A stretch of DNA of 64,000 nucleotides from Minicystis rosea (GTDB taxonomy: Bacteria > Myxococcota_A > Polyangia > Polyangiales > Polyangiaceae): contig CP016211.1 in NCBI GenBank assembly GCA_001931535.1, positions 4,503,573-4,567,572 of the forward strand. Reading direction: 5' to 3'. Shown here piece after piece: positions 48,216 through 59,289 of this stretch. How positions within the stretch are numbered: position 1 is the first letter of the stretch; every line of letters starts with the position of its first letter. A program made the translations under genes and the position numbers. The notes beneath the pieces are model-generated. The model saw nothing but the letters and a program-made list of their open reading frames with translations. It had not been told where the DNA came from and made no database searches.

Positions 48216-48455
48216 ATCACCGATGACGTCGGAGGTCGCGAAGGCGTTGGTAGCGCACCCGCGTGGACCGATGACGGCGTCCGGAGCGCGAAGAATGGCA
48301 ATCGCACCTACAGGCGAGGAATGTGAGGAGCACCGATCGAGCCGTGGGGGCTGGGCGAAGAGCCGGATACCTGCCGAGGGGAGCGGGCAACGGCGTGTAT
48401 CAGTTTGAGCCGAGAACGAGTAGCGGCGATCGAGGCCAACAGGCAGCCCTGTTTC

Positions 48456-48917
48456 CTACCGCTGGTGGCCGTAGCGCTTGAATAGCGCATTCTTGTATTT
48501 CTCGTTGGCTTGGTTGATGTGGTGACCGAGCACCTTTTGCTGGTGCCTAGTGAGTCCGCCGGCCACAATCTTCGTTCGCTGTTGCTCGGCCCAGCCCAGC
48601 TCGTAGGTAGCCGGGCGGCAGTCAGGATAATTGCGCTCCCATGCGGACAGCCTCTCCAGCGTGAGCAGATGACGAAGACTCGTGTGGAAGGGCGCCGTCA
48701 CCGTGTCCCAGAGCTCCTCGGAGACCATTTCGAGGGTCGGTCCACAAGTGGAGCCAATCCTCCAGGTTTCCTTGGGCTCGATCTGCTTCTCCATGACCCA
48801 AACGTAGCGGATGCTCTCGCCGCAACGCTGGCAGTGCTCGTCCCCACGTCGGTCAAGGACGTCGATGTGGGTTAGGATCCACGGTCCCATCTCAGCCATG
48901 GCGCGAATGGTCAGCAT
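48456..48917 (-). CDS. hypothetical Cys-containing protein
   Basis: ORF 48456..48917 with a CxxC pair ('HCQRCGE'). No family assigned. Confidence 0.35.
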   Translation of the reverse strand: MLTIRAMAEMGPWILTHIDVLDRRGDEHCQRCGESIRYVWVMEKQIEPKETWRIGSTCGPTLEMVSEELWDTVTAPFHTSLRHLLTLERLSAWERNYPDCRPATYELGWAEQQRTKIVAGGLTRHQQKVLGHHINQANEKYKNALFKRYGHQR

Positions 48918-48998
48918 CCGGGGAGCCTACTCGCCCTCGGGCCTGGCCGGAAGTCCACGCCAATGCGAGCGTGAGCACTGATCCTCCCCCGATCCGGT

Positions 48999-50490
48999 CT
49001 CGGCATTCATCGCAATTTGCCCTCTTCCCGAAGGCGCGCGAGCGCCATGGCGACGGGAAGCACGAAGTCCAGACCGCGCTTGATGGTGATCGAGCCCGGC
49101 GGGCCTCCCGCGGACTTTCCCGTATAGCCACCGAGCTCGGCCAACCAGAGCGTGACCTGCGCGATGGTGGGCATCCCCGTCGGCAGCTGCTCATTCCGCT
49201 TCTTGGACTCGCGCTTCATCAGCATCGTGGCCTCGATCTCGTGTGCCTCGAACTCGATGGAGGCAGGTTGGTCTGGCTTGGTGCGCGCGAGATGCTTGAT
49301 GCGCTCGATGCGGGCAGCGGTCGCGATCATCAGAATGGCCCATCGTACAACTCGATCGGTTGAGCGCAGCTGCGTGTCCTCAACACGGCACGCACCAGAC
49401 TTCCACGTCCGATGCAGGTCCTCGATGCGCCAGCGCTGGGCATACCCGAACAAGACGCGCTCGACGTCGGCATCGGTGTTGAGGGGGTGATTGGTCAGCA
49501 GCCGCCAGTGGATCGGCTCTTCGCCGCGAGGGGTCGTGCCGACTTCCTGCACGTCAACCACGTTCACGGCGATTGTTGCGCGCTCGCCGGTCGGGCGCTC
49601 GAGCATGTCCAGGACCACGCTCGTCGTCCGAACGCGCAGCTTCGCGACTCGCTCGTCACCACCGTTGCGAGCTCGCACCTGAATCGAACGGTAGCCGCGC
49701 GGGTCGGCGTTGCGCACGGCTTGGGAGAGTCGATATCTGCGCGCGCCACGGCGAACGAAGCGGTGGCTGTACGTTGATCGAACGGTGAACCACTGCCCGC
49801 ACTCTTGAAGCGCCTTCAGGGTTGCATAACGATCTCCCTCTCGGTCGATCTGAAACCACGCCATGGAGCCCTGCTCTGTCAGCCGCTCCGTGCTCGCGGC
49901 AATGGTGCTCAACCAGTAACGCGTCTCCTTGTCTTGAACCCGCCGACGATGGCAGTCGTGCCGCTTCTTCTGACGCGCGCGGCTCCACCATTGTTGGTCC
50001 AGGATTCCCAAGGGAATCCCTGCCGACGAGATCGCATAGGCGTGGATGACCTTTAGGCCGCTCGCCCCGTTGCTCGTCGAACCGATGGCGCCGAAGTCCT
50101 TCTTTCGCGCTCGATCCGTCAGCCTGAGGCTCGTGCCGTCGACCGCGACGAACACGAAGTCGGCCCCGTCGCACCGCATCGCGGTGGCCGTAGATGTGGC
50201 GATCAGAAGCTTTTCAGGCTGGACCTCCGGGTTGGCGAGAAAGTCGTACGCCGCCTGCCGCTCCGCGCTGCTGCGGAACACCTCGGGGACCTTGCCGCCA
50301 GGACAACGCGCCGCCGCAGCTGCCATATGCACCAGCCGCCGCGTCCGACGAGCATCTCCCAGCTCCGCGTGCCCGAACTCCTCATGCGCCCACCGGCGGG
50401 CCTCGTCCTGACCGAGGTTTGTCATGAGAGCGGAACCGCTCCCTCGCCCTACAAATTCCCGTCGATGGCTGAGATCCGATCAATGACGAG
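48999..50490 (-). mobile_element. IS4-family (Tn5/IS50-like) insertion sequence, copy 1 (1492 bp) with 9-10 bp target-site duplication
   Basis: Terminal inverted repeats 'ctcggcattcatcg' and rc 'ctcgtcattgatcg' (12 of 14 match). Flanked by direct repeat 'c(c)gatccggt' at 48989-48998 and 50491-50500. 100% identical to copy 2 at 51730-53221 (offset 2731 bp). Confidence 0.85.
49007..50425 (-). CDS. tnp: IS4-family DDE transposase (Tn5-like, 472 aa)
   Basis: Long DDE transposase with a Tn5-type N-terminal DNA-binding region and C-terminal dimerisation-like end. The ORF is duplicated verbatim at 51738..53156. Confidence 0.85.
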   Translation of the reverse strand: MTNLGQDEARRWAHEEFGHAELGDARRTRRLVHMAAAAARCPGGKVPEVFRSSAERQAAYDFLANPEVQPEKLLIATSTATAMRCDGADFVFVAVDGTSLRLTDRARKKDFGAIGSTSNGASGLKVIHAYAISSAGIPLGILDQQWWSRARQKKRHDCHRRRVQDKETRYWLSTIAASTERLTEQGSMAWFQIDREGDRYATLKALQECGQWFTVRSTYSHRFVRRGARRYRLSQAVRNADPRGYRSIQVRARNGGDERVAKLRVRTTSVVLDMLERPTGERATIAVNVVDVQEVGTTPRGEEPIHWRLLTNHPLNTDADVERVLFGYAQRWRIEDLHRTWKSGACRVEDTQLRSTDRVVRWAILMIATAARIERIKHLARTKPDQPASIEFEAHEIEATMLMKRESKKRNEQLPTGMPTIAQVTLWLAELGGYTGKSAGGPPGSITIKRGLDFVLPVAMALARLREEGKLR

Positions 50491-50511
50491 CCGATCCGGT
50501 GGACGGTCTGA

Positions 50512-51387
50512 CTATGCCGCCTTCACCATCATCTGTCTCTTCAATTCAAACTCCATCGGACTGACGTAGCCCAAGTACGAGTGCCGCCGAGCGGGGTTGT
50601 AGAAGCGCTCGAGGTAGTCTCCGATCGATGCCCTGGCGGCAGCGCGTGTCGGGTAGTGCTCATGCTCGACGAGCTCGGCCTTGAGCGTTGCGAAAAAGCT
50701 CTCGGCAACGGCGTTGTCCCAGCAGTCTCCCGTGCGGCTCATGCTCGTGGTGATGCCATGACGAGCCAGCGCCGCGCGGTAGTCCTCGCTCGCGTAGGGG
50801 CTTCCGCGATCGGAGTGGTGCAAGAGGCCAACGGGTGGCCGCCGCGTGCGCAGCGCCCTCTCGAGCGCTTCGAGGGCAAGAGCACGGTCATTGGTGGCGC
50901 TCGTCGCCCAGCCCACCACGCGACGCGAGAACAGGTCGAGGATCGCCGCGAGGTACAGCCAACCCTCGGCGGTCGGGATGTACGTCACGTCGGTGACCCA
51001 GGCCTGATTCGGCGCCGGCGTGCGGAACTGGCGATCGAGCACGTTCGGCGCGATCGGCTGCGTGTGGTTCGAGTCCGTCGTGCGCCGGAACGGGCGCTTG
51101 CGGCGCGCCTCGAGCCCGCTCTCGCGCATGAGCCGTTCGACCCGCTTCTTACCGACCCGCACGCTCTTGGCGCGCAGCTCCGCGTGTACGCGTGGGCTGC
51201 CGTAGGTGCCGCGGCTCGTGCGGTGGATGGTGGCGATCTCCGCCCGGAGCCGCGCATCCGAGAGCATGCGGTCAGAGGGCATGCGCTTCGTCCAAGCGTA
51301 GTAGCCACTGCGCGAGACCTCGAGCGCGTGACAGAGCACGTCCACGGGATAGAAGGCCTTCTCCGCGGCGATGAAGGCGAACTTCAC
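50512..51387 (-). CDS. IS3-family transposase OrfB (integrase core, DDE)
   Basis: 'rve'-type core: 'WVTDVTYIPT', 'YLAAILDLFSRRVVGW', 'HSDRGSPYAS' and C-terminal 'SYLGYVSPMEFE'. Confidence 0.85.
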   Translation of the reverse strand: MKFAFIAAEKAFYPVDVLCHALEVSRSGYYAWTKRMPSDRMLSDARLRAEIATIHRTSRGTYGSPRVHAELRAKSVRVGKKRVERLMRESGLEARRKRPFRRTTDSNHTQPIAPNVLDRQFRTPAPNQAWVTDVTYIPTAEGWLYLAAILDLFSRRVVGWATSATNDRALALEALERALRTRRPPVGLLHHSDRGSPYASEDYRAALARHGITTSMSRTGDCWDNAVAESFFATLKAELVEHEHYPTRAAARASIGDYLERFYNPARRHSYLGYVSPMEFELKRQMMVKAA

Positions 51388-51680
51388 CTGCTCTCCTTCG
51401 CGAAGAAGGCCGCGGCTTTTTTCAAGATCTCGCGCTCCATCTCCAGCCGCTTCACCTCACGTCGCAGCCTGGAGAGCTCCTCGCGCTCCGCGCTCGTGAG
51501 CGCGTCCGCGGGCCCCTTGCCGGCCTCGACCTCCGCTCGCCGCACCCACTCCCGCAGCGCCGTCTCGGTCAGGTCGAGATCCTTGGCCACCTGCGCGATC
51601 GTGCGATCGCCCGCCTGCACCAGCCGCACCGCATCCGCTTTGAACTCGGGCGTGAACGCCCTGCGCTTCCTCTTCGCCAT
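51384..51680 (-). CDS. IS3-family transposase OrfA (HTH)
   Basis: MAKRKRRAFTPEFKADAVRLV... within ORF 51384..51737. Leucine-zipper-like C-terminus ending at the frameshift window. Confidence 0.8.
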   Translation of the reverse strand: MAKRKRRAFTPEFKADAVRLVQAGDRTIAQVAKDLDLTETALREWVRRAEVEAGKGPADALTSAEREELSRLRREVKRLEMEREILKKAAAFFAKESR

Positions 51681-51729
51681 CCGTGTGTCCTCGCGCATTC
51701 TCGCGCCTTCGGGGTGTCCACGGAAGCGG

Positions 51730-53221
51730 CTCGGCATTCATCGCAATTTGCCCTCTTCCCGAAGGCGCGCGAGCGCCATGGCGACGGGAAGCACGAAGTC
51801 CAGACCGCGCTTGATGGTGATCGAGCCCGGCGGGCCTCCCGCGGACTTTCCCGTATAGCCACCGAGCTCGGCCAACCAGAGCGTGACCTGCGCGATGGTG
51901 GGCATCCCCGTCGGCAGCTGCTCATTCCGCTTCTTGGACTCGCGCTTCATCAGCATCGTGGCCTCGATCTCGTGTGCCTCGAACTCGATGGAGGCAGGTT
52001 GGTCTGGCTTGGTGCGCGCGAGATGCTTGATGCGCTCGATGCGGGCAGCGGTCGCGATCATCAGAATGGCCCATCGTACAACTCGATCGGTTGAGCGCAG
52101 CTGCGTGTCCTCAACACGGCACGCACCAGACTTCCACGTCCGATGCAGGTCCTCGATGCGCCAGCGCTGGGCATACCCGAACAAGACGCGCTCGACGTCG
52201 GCATCGGTGTTGAGGGGGTGATTGGTCAGCAGCCGCCAGTGGATCGGCTCTTCGCCGCGAGGGGTCGTGCCGACTTCCTGCACGTCAACCACGTTCACGG
52301 CGATTGTTGCGCGCTCGCCGGTCGGGCGCTCGAGCATGTCCAGGACCACGCTCGTCGTCCGAACGCGCAGCTTCGCGACTCGCTCGTCACCACCGTTGCG
52401 AGCTCGCACCTGAATCGAACGGTAGCCGCGCGGGTCGGCGTTGCGCACGGCTTGGGAGAGTCGATATCTGCGCGCGCCACGGCGAACGAAGCGGTGGCTG
52501 TACGTTGATCGAACGGTGAACCACTGCCCGCACTCTTGAAGCGCCTTCAGGGTTGCATAACGATCTCCCTCTCGGTCGATCTGAAACCACGCCATGGAGC
52601 CCTGCTCTGTCAGCCGCTCCGTGCTCGCGGCAATGGTGCTCAACCAGTAACGCGTCTCCTTGTCTTGAACCCGCCGACGATGGCAGTCGTGCCGCTTCTT
52701 CTGACGCGCGCGGCTCCACCATTGTTGGTCCAGGATTCCCAAGGGAATCCCTGCCGACGAGATCGCATAGGCGTGGATGACCTTTAGGCCGCTCGCCCCG
52801 TTGCTCGTCGAACCGATGGCGCCGAAGTCCTTCTTTCGCGCTCGATCCGTCAGCCTGAGGCTCGTGCCGTCGACCGCGACGAACACGAAGTCGGCCCCGT
52901 CGCACCGCATCGCGGTGGCCGTAGATGTGGCGATCAGAAGCTTTTCAGGCTGGACCTCCGGGTTGGCGAGAAAGTCGTACGCCGCCTGCCGCTCCGCGCT
53001 GCTGCGGAACACCTCGGGGACCTTGCCGCCAGGACAACGCGCCGCCGCAGCTGCCATATGCACCAGCCGCCGCGTCCGACGAGCATCTCCCAGCTCCGCG
53101 TGCCCGAACTCCTCATGCGCCCACCGGCGGGCCTCGTCCTGACCGAGGTTTGTCATGAGAGCGGAACCGCTCCCTCGCCCTACAAATTCCCGTCGATGGC
53201 TGAGATCCGATCAATGACGAG
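51730..53221 (-). mobile_element. IS4-family insertion sequence, copy 2 (identical to copy 1; no target-site duplication)
   Basis: Same 1492 bp as 48999-50490. The left flank 'cggaagcgg' separates it from the IS3 end. The right flank 'tcgcttcggtgg' does not repeat the left flank. Confidence 0.85.
51738..53156 (-). CDS. tnp: IS4-family DDE transposase (identical second copy)
   Basis: Protein identical to ORF 49007..50425. Confidence 0.85.
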   Translation of the reverse strand: MTNLGQDEARRWAHEEFGHAELGDARRTRRLVHMAAAAARCPGGKVPEVFRSSAERQAAYDFLANPEVQPEKLLIATSTATAMRCDGADFVFVAVDGTSLRLTDRARKKDFGAIGSTSNGASGLKVIHAYAISSAGIPLGILDQQWWSRARQKKRHDCHRRRVQDKETRYWLSTIAASTERLTEQGSMAWFQIDREGDRYATLKALQECGQWFTVRSTYSHRFVRRGARRYRLSQAVRNADPRGYRSIQVRARNGGDERVAKLRVRTTSVVLDMLERPTGERATIAVNVVDVQEVGTTPRGEEPIHWRLLTNHPLNTDADVERVLFGYAQRWRIEDLHRTWKSGACRVEDTQLRSTDRVVRWAILMIATAARIERIKHLARTKPDQPASIEFEAHEIEATMLMKRESKKRNEQLPTGMPTIAQVTLWLAELGGYTGKSAGGPPGSITIKRGLDFVLPVAMALARLREEGKLR

Positions 53222-53439
53222 TCGCTTCGGTGGAGTCCTCGCTTGCATGGTAGGTCTGGCGGATTGGCGGGGCTCGGCGGCGGGATGAGCCACGAAGAAC
53301 ACCCAGGGGGCCATCGCGCTCCCCGCCTCGCTGTGGGCGCATCTCGAGACCGTACGCGCACAGCACGAGGCCGACGTAGCGGTGGGCGCGGGATGGGTGG
53401 AGCCGAGCAGACGCACGAACGCACGTCCCATCTCGCCCC

Positions 53440-54510
53440 GTGCCCGCGCGTTCCATCAGTAGCAGGCATTGCCTCGCCGCGGCGATCGCGGTCGAATCGC
53501 ACCTCGTGAAAGTCCCGACCCAGCTCGTCGCCGGAGCGTCGCTCGCAGCGATCGCGCTGCGCTGCGCTTCGCCGCCTCCGCCGATCGCCGTCGCCCCTGC
53601 GCCGCCGCCTTCGGCCGCGCCCACCGCGACGGCCACGGCCAGCGCAGCGGTCTCGCTGCCGCCGCAGGCACCGATCGATCCGGCCGCGGATCAGGAAAAG
53701 CTCGCATTGGTGACGTCGATCTGCCGAGCAGCCATCCAGCACCACGAGGGGAAGGTGCGAGTCGGCTGCCGCGCATGTCCGCCGTTCGAGGGCGACGACG
53801 CGAAGCCCGATGGGCGCGTCGCGATCGATCCCCCGCACCTGTTTCCGGTGGAGGAGCTGTATCGCGGCTCGTTCTCCCGGCCGGGCGCCGACGAGGTTGC
53901 CGCGGTCTTCGAGGGCTGCGAGCCGCACGCGGCCAATTACGGAGGCACGCTGTTCGCCGAGAAGACGGAGAGCGGTTATCGCATGATCACCTATGCTTCG
54001 GGCTTGCACCCCGCGTCCTGCCGAGTTTACCGGCGCAAGGACGGGCGGGACGTGCTCGTATGTCGTTGGTCCGACGCGCACCAGTCGACGGCGTTCACGC
54101 AGGTGTTCGTCTACGATCTCGCGCGCGCCACGGCGGACGATCCGCTGAAGGGCTGGGACGCGCTCGCGACGGTGAGCGACAACAGCTATTCGGTGTGCTG
54201 GGGCATCGATCCGGAGGGGGGCATCATGCAGGGGAGCGTGATCGACTTCCGCTTCGAGGATCGCAACGGCGACCACGTGCCCGACATCGTCGTCGACGTG
54301 ATGCACCGCTGGACGCCGTACTCGGCCGCGGTGAACAAGGTTATCCAGAAGCGGTGCGCCGAGGCCTCGGCCGAGAGGCCCGACGACGTGCCGACGATCG
54401 ACGTGCCCAAGCTCCTCGGAGAGCCGGCGAAGGCAACGCTGGAGCTCATCGCCGACGGACAGGGCTTCAAGCCGACGGCGAAGACGGCGAGGCTGTTCCC
54501 GCGAAAGTGA
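53440..54510 (+). CDS. hypothetical secreted/membrane-anchored protein
   Basis: ORF 53440..54510 (GTG start). N-terminal hydrophobic segment, Pro/Ala-rich linker and Cys-containing globular part. Start is uncertain. Confidence 0.4.
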   Translation: MPARSISSRHCLAAAIAVESHLVKVPTQLVAGASLAAIALRCASPPPPIAVAPAPPPSAAPTATATASAAVSLPPQAPIDPAADQEKLALVTSICRAAIQHHEGKVRVGCRACPPFEGDDAKPDGRVAIDPPHLFPVEELYRGSFSRPGADEVAAVFEGCEPHAANYGGTLFAEKTESGYRMITYASGLHPASCRVYRRKDGRDVLVCRWSDAHQSTAFTQVFVYDLARATADDPLKGWDALATVSDNSYSVCWGIDPEGGIMQGSVIDFRFEDRNGDHVPDIVVDVMHRWTPYSAAVNKVIQKRCAEASAERPDDVPTIDVPKLLGEPAKATLELIADGQGFKPTAKTARLFPRK

Positions 54511-54909
54511 GCCGCCGAACTCGGCCGACGCGGGCTCGTCAGCGCCCGCGCCTTCGTCCGTCGGAGCAGGCGTCGTCAGCGACGCCACGAACGGTCACAA
54601 GAAGGAGGGGCTCGGCGCGACGCGGCGCTCTCACCCCTCGGCCGCGTCCCTTCGCGTCCGCCGCACGTCCAGCCCGATCCCGAGCAGCACGAGGAGCCCC
54701 ACGCCCGCGATCTTCCACGCCCCCCGAGCCGCCTCGATCGCTCCGCGGCGTCCTGGGCCCGCTGCACGTGTCGCGAGCCCCACCTCCGCCGAGCAGCTCG
54801 CCATGTGCTCAAGGCCTGTCGGGATGTGGTTGATCTTCCCCCGCTTCCGTACCGAATCGGGGGAGGTTCAGCTCCGTCGTCTCTCCCGATGGAGGAGGCG
54901 CGGTCAGCC

Positions 54910-55842
54910 CTACTCGAAGGCCCAGAACTCTGGGTTGGACACCGAGCGAGGCAGGATCGCCTCCGGGCCGGAGTTGAGCACGCACTGACCGCTGATGGCC
55001 TCTACGTACTCGCAGCCCGACTTGGGGTTGCCCCAGCGACCGGTGTAGTTGAGCCAGACCGGAGCGCCCGTCTGCACCCCCGGACTGAACTGGATCACGC
55101 TCGCCTGGGTGTCCCACATGGTACCAGCGCCGGTGTCGTCGTTGAGGGTATCGCCGGTGGGGATTTGATCATAGGTGTGGCGGGCCGCGTCCGGGTAAAG
55201 CCCGTGCGAGCCGAGCGCCGCGAAGACCATGGGGCGGCCGTCCGAGAGGGGCAGAGCCGGATCACCGTAGTTGAAGATCTGGCCGTTTTCATGCTGGCTC
55301 AAGTAGACTTGTGACGGCTTCCCATCGACGAAGCGAATCGTCACGTGCTCCCAGTCGCCGACGTGGTTTCCGAACGTCGAGTATCCGCCGAGGCAACCCA
55401 AGGGTTCCTGGTACACACCGACGCAGACGCGTTTGCCGTTGTTGTACGGGTAGAAGGCCCAGTAGATCACGTCGGTCACGTTCGTTGCCTGCCCGTTCTG
55501 GGTGCGATTCACGATCTCGGCGTATACGGGCACCCGGCTCTGCGAGGGGTTCTGGCCATCGAGGAACAGCGGATCGGTGCACGAGTCGCAGCCGAGCGAC
55601 TGGTTGGTGACGTAGTAGTGCGTGCCCCCTTGCTCCTCTTCATGCACGTTGGGGAGGAAGGCGTCGGTCGACGAGGGAAAGTAGCTTTCCTCGCCGTGCA
55701 GCCAGATCTTGGGCGCGTACTGCAGCTGCTGACGGAGGGTCGGGTGCGTCGGGACGATGAAGCTCAGCACGCTCACGCGCACCGTCTCGCAGGCCATGAG
55801 GGCGTCGAACTCCACGGTGGCCGAGGCGAGCACGCAGCTCAT
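54910..55842 (-). CDS. Vps62/DUF946-family protein
   Basis: ATG at 55842 (M3 of ORF 54910..55848). 'YWAFYPYNNGK...VGDWEHVTIRFVDGKPSQVYLSQHENGQIF' matches the Vps62/DUF946 signature (GDWEHV...S.H..G). Confidence 0.45.
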   Translation of the reverse strand: MSCVLASATVEFDALMACETVRVSVLSFIVPTHPTLRQQLQYAPKIWLHGEESYFPSSTDAFLPNVHEEEQGGTHYYVTNQSLGCDSCTDPLFLDGQNPSQSRVPVYAEIVNRTQNGQATNVTDVIYWAFYPYNNGKRVCVGVYQEPLGCLGGYSTFGNHVGDWEHVTIRFVDGKPSQVYLSQHENGQIFNYGDPALPLSDGRPMVFAALGSHGLYPDAARHTYDQIPTGDTLNDDTGAGTMWDTQASVIQFSPGVQTGAPVWLNYTGRWGNPKSGCEYVEAISGQCVLNSGPEAILPRSVSNPEFWAFE

Positions 55843-55873
55843 CGCCAACCGGGCGGCTCAGGGCCGGCGCCCG

Positions 55874-56306
55874 CTAGCCAGGCTTCGGAGCCGCGCGCTT
55901 GTCGACGACCTCCTTCACGACTGGCAGACTGGTGAAGACGCTCGGCCAGCCGCTGATGAAGGCCAACTGCGTGAGCGCCTCGGAGACCTGCGTCTGCGTC
56001 AGCCCGTGATCCATTGCGCGATTGAGGTGATAGGTGAGTTGCGCGGATTGCCCGGTGGCGATCAAGGCGCCGACCGTGACGAGACTCCGGTCGCGCGGTG
56101 CCAACGCGGCGCGGAAGGTCGGGACGCTTCCAGAGGTCGCCGCGCACCGTATCGACCGTGTATCGCGCGAGCGCCGGCGAAACGGCGGCGACGTCCTGCG
56201 GCGTGAGAGTCGACATGCCTCTCCCAGCGACGGGCGCAGCCCCCGACCGCGTGCACGCTACAAGCCCGACGGAGAACGCCAGGGCAACGATCTTGAGCCT
56301 CTTCAT
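55874..56306 (-). pseudogene. carboxymuconolactone decarboxylase (CMD/AhpD-like) family lipoprotein, frameshifted
   Basis: [18 protein letters not shown] signal plus '[30 protein letters not shown]' in ORF 55839..56471. It continues in another frame as ORF 55874..56104 ('[16 protein letters not shown]...LTQTQVSEALTQLAFISGWP', CMD hallmark). The junction is about 56090-56125. Confidence 0.5.
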
Positions 56307-56332
56307 CTCGAGCTCCCTTCGCGCGAGGTTGG

Positions 56333-56833
56333 TCACTGCCCGTACTGCTCGTCGCTGACCTGCTCCATCCACGTCCCCACCTTGCCGTCGACCATCTGCT
56401 GGACTGCGAGGTGGGTCATGCGTTCGGTGCGCGTCGCGCCGTGCCAGTGCTTCACGCCGGGCGGTGTCCACACGACGTCACCGGGCTTGATCGCCCGCTT
56501 CGCGCCGCCCCACTCCTGCACCCAGCCGGCGCCCGCGGTGACGATCAAGGTCTGACCGGCGGGGTGCGAGTGCCACGCGGAGCGCGCCCCCGGTTCGAAC
56601 GTGACGGATCCTCCGGACACGTTGCTCGGCTCGGTCGCCGCGAAGAGCGACGCAATGGTCACCGCGCCGGTGAAGTTCGCGGGAGCGCCCGTGGTTGGCG
56701 GTCGAGCGCTGGCGGGCGAGATTTCGATATGCCCCACGCCGGCCGAAGCGTTCGCGACGGGTGCATGCGCGCGCACACACCCCGCGATCGAGAGAGCGAC
56801 GCACGCGAAGACGACGCCTCGAGCTCGTATCAT
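56333..56833 (-). CDS. cupin-domain lipoprotein
   Basis: M83 of ORF 56333..57079 ([19 protein letters not shown] lipobox) with a GAGGTG RBS. Cupin motifs '[20 protein letters not shown]' and '[17 protein letters not shown]'. Confidence 0.6.
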   Translation of the reverse strand: MIRARGVVFACVALSIAGCVRAHAPVANASAGVGHIEISPASARPPTTGAPANFTGAVTIASLFAATEPSNVSGGSVTFEPGARSAWHSHPAGQTLIVTAGAGWVQEWGGAKRAIKPGDVVWTPPGVKHWHGATRTERMTHLAVQQMVDGKVGTWMEQVSDEQYGQ

Positions 56834-56847
56834 GACGCACCTCTTCT

Positions 56848-57079
56848 CAGCGAAACGGGTCGTAGCCGGGCTTCTTGTAGATCTGGTTGCTCTTCCGGAC
56901 GATATCCGGCTCGTAGACGTCCTCTGCCCAGCGCTCGGGGCGATGTCTTCGATCGCGACCGACACGGACTCATCGCCGCAGTTCAGCGTCGACGTGACCG
57001 CGTGGGTCACCGCCTCCGCGAGCTTCTCCTTCTGCTGCTCCGACTTCCCTGCGTAGAGCTTCACGATGACATGGGGCAT
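56848..57079 (-). pseudogene. tautomerase (4-oxalocrotonate tautomerase superfamily) with an internal frameshift
   Basis: '[49 protein letters not shown]' then a frame switch. The -1 frame gives '[27 protein letters not shown]', the conserved tautomerase C-terminus. The shift is near 'gccccgagcgctggg' (about 56930-56950). Confidence 0.55.
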
Positions 57080-57088
57080 GGCTCCTCC

Positions 57089-58424
<1,336 letters not shown>

Positions 58425-58428
<4 letters not shown>

Positions 58429-58823
58429 GATCGTTTCTCCTCTCCCGCGGCCGCTCTCGGCACGATCCTCATGGTTGCAGCGCGCGCACGTGGCCCGATC
58501 ATCGGGGCGAGATATTCGCTGCTCGCGTATTTGGACCGGTACGCCTCGTCGATGCGCGCTTGAAGGGGACCTTCCACCGGCTCGAAAGAGACCTCCTTCA
58601 TCATCCCTGCGGCCGTGATCCGGCCCGCCTTCTGTCGCAGCGCGGCCTGATACCAGCGCGATTGTTTCCCGTTATACGCGCGGACGTAAAGAGCGCCGTC
58701 GACCACGACGGACCAGACCCACGTGAGCGTGCCGTACGTCGCCCCGTCGTCGCGGAAGGGCGCGACACGAAGGTCGTCACTCTCCGCAATCTTCTTCAGA
58801 TCATCCTTCGCCCAAGTGTTCAT
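58425..58823 (-). CDS. small conserved hypothetical protein (DUF2255-like)
   Basis: 132 aa. 'LRVAPFRDDGATYGTLTWVWSVVVDGALYVRAYNGKQSRWYQAA' fits the DUF2255-type pattern. Low certainty. Confidence 0.4.
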
Positions 58824-58830
58824 AGTGTCC

Positions 58831-59274
58831 TCAGTATCGTTCCCACGTGACTCGCCAGTGCTCGTCCGCGGTGGGCGGCGTCACGACGAGCTGCATGCCA
58901 TTTCGCTCGTAGAGGCGCTTCATGTCCTTGCCGATGAGCGATCGGACGAGCGCGCCTTCGACGTGGTACGTGAACGCGTGCGCCTGCTCGTCGATCTCGT
59001 AACGGCCGAACGACGCTTCGTAGCCGCCCTGCGCATACTGCACGGGCCCACCAGGCGGTGATCCCGAGTCGCGATACATCACGTGCACGGACATGCGACC
59101 GTCGCGCGTGAGGATCAGCGAACCGGTGGCGTCGGCCCGATGGGGCGTGCCATCGACGCTCACCTCGTCGAGCGCCGCGAGCTTGTAGGCCCCGACGATC
59201 TCGTTCTCGTCGCGACCGCGATGGCAAGAGAGCGCGGTCGACGCGAGGAGCACTCCGATCGTGATCCGGTTCAT
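58831..59274 (-). CDS. secreted lipocalin-like/DUF-type small protein
   Basis: Signal 'MNRITIGVLLASTALSC'. 'GAYKLAALDEVSVDGT...SLILTRDGRMSVHVM' resembles lipocalin-like domains. Confidence 0.4.
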   Translation of the reverse strand: MNRITIGVLLASTALSCHRGRDENEIVGAYKLAALDEVSVDGTPHRADATGSLILTRDGRMSVHVMYRDSGSPPGGPVQYAQGGYEASFGRYEIDEQAHAFTYHVEGALVRSLIGKDMKRLYERNGMQLVVTPPTADEHWRVTWERY

Positions 59275-59289
59275 CGTGTCGTCCGCAGG

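Larger units (their letters stand above)
50500..51720 (-). mobile_element. IS3-family insertion sequence (orfA/orfB with -1 frameshift site), about 1.2 kb
   Basis: Ends 'TGGAC...' at about 50500 and '...GTCCA' at about 51720. OrfA has an HTH. The slippery heptamer A-AAA-AAG at the 3' end of orfA ('ttgaaaaaagcc', about 51405-51416) precedes the orfB overlap. Confidence 0.85.
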
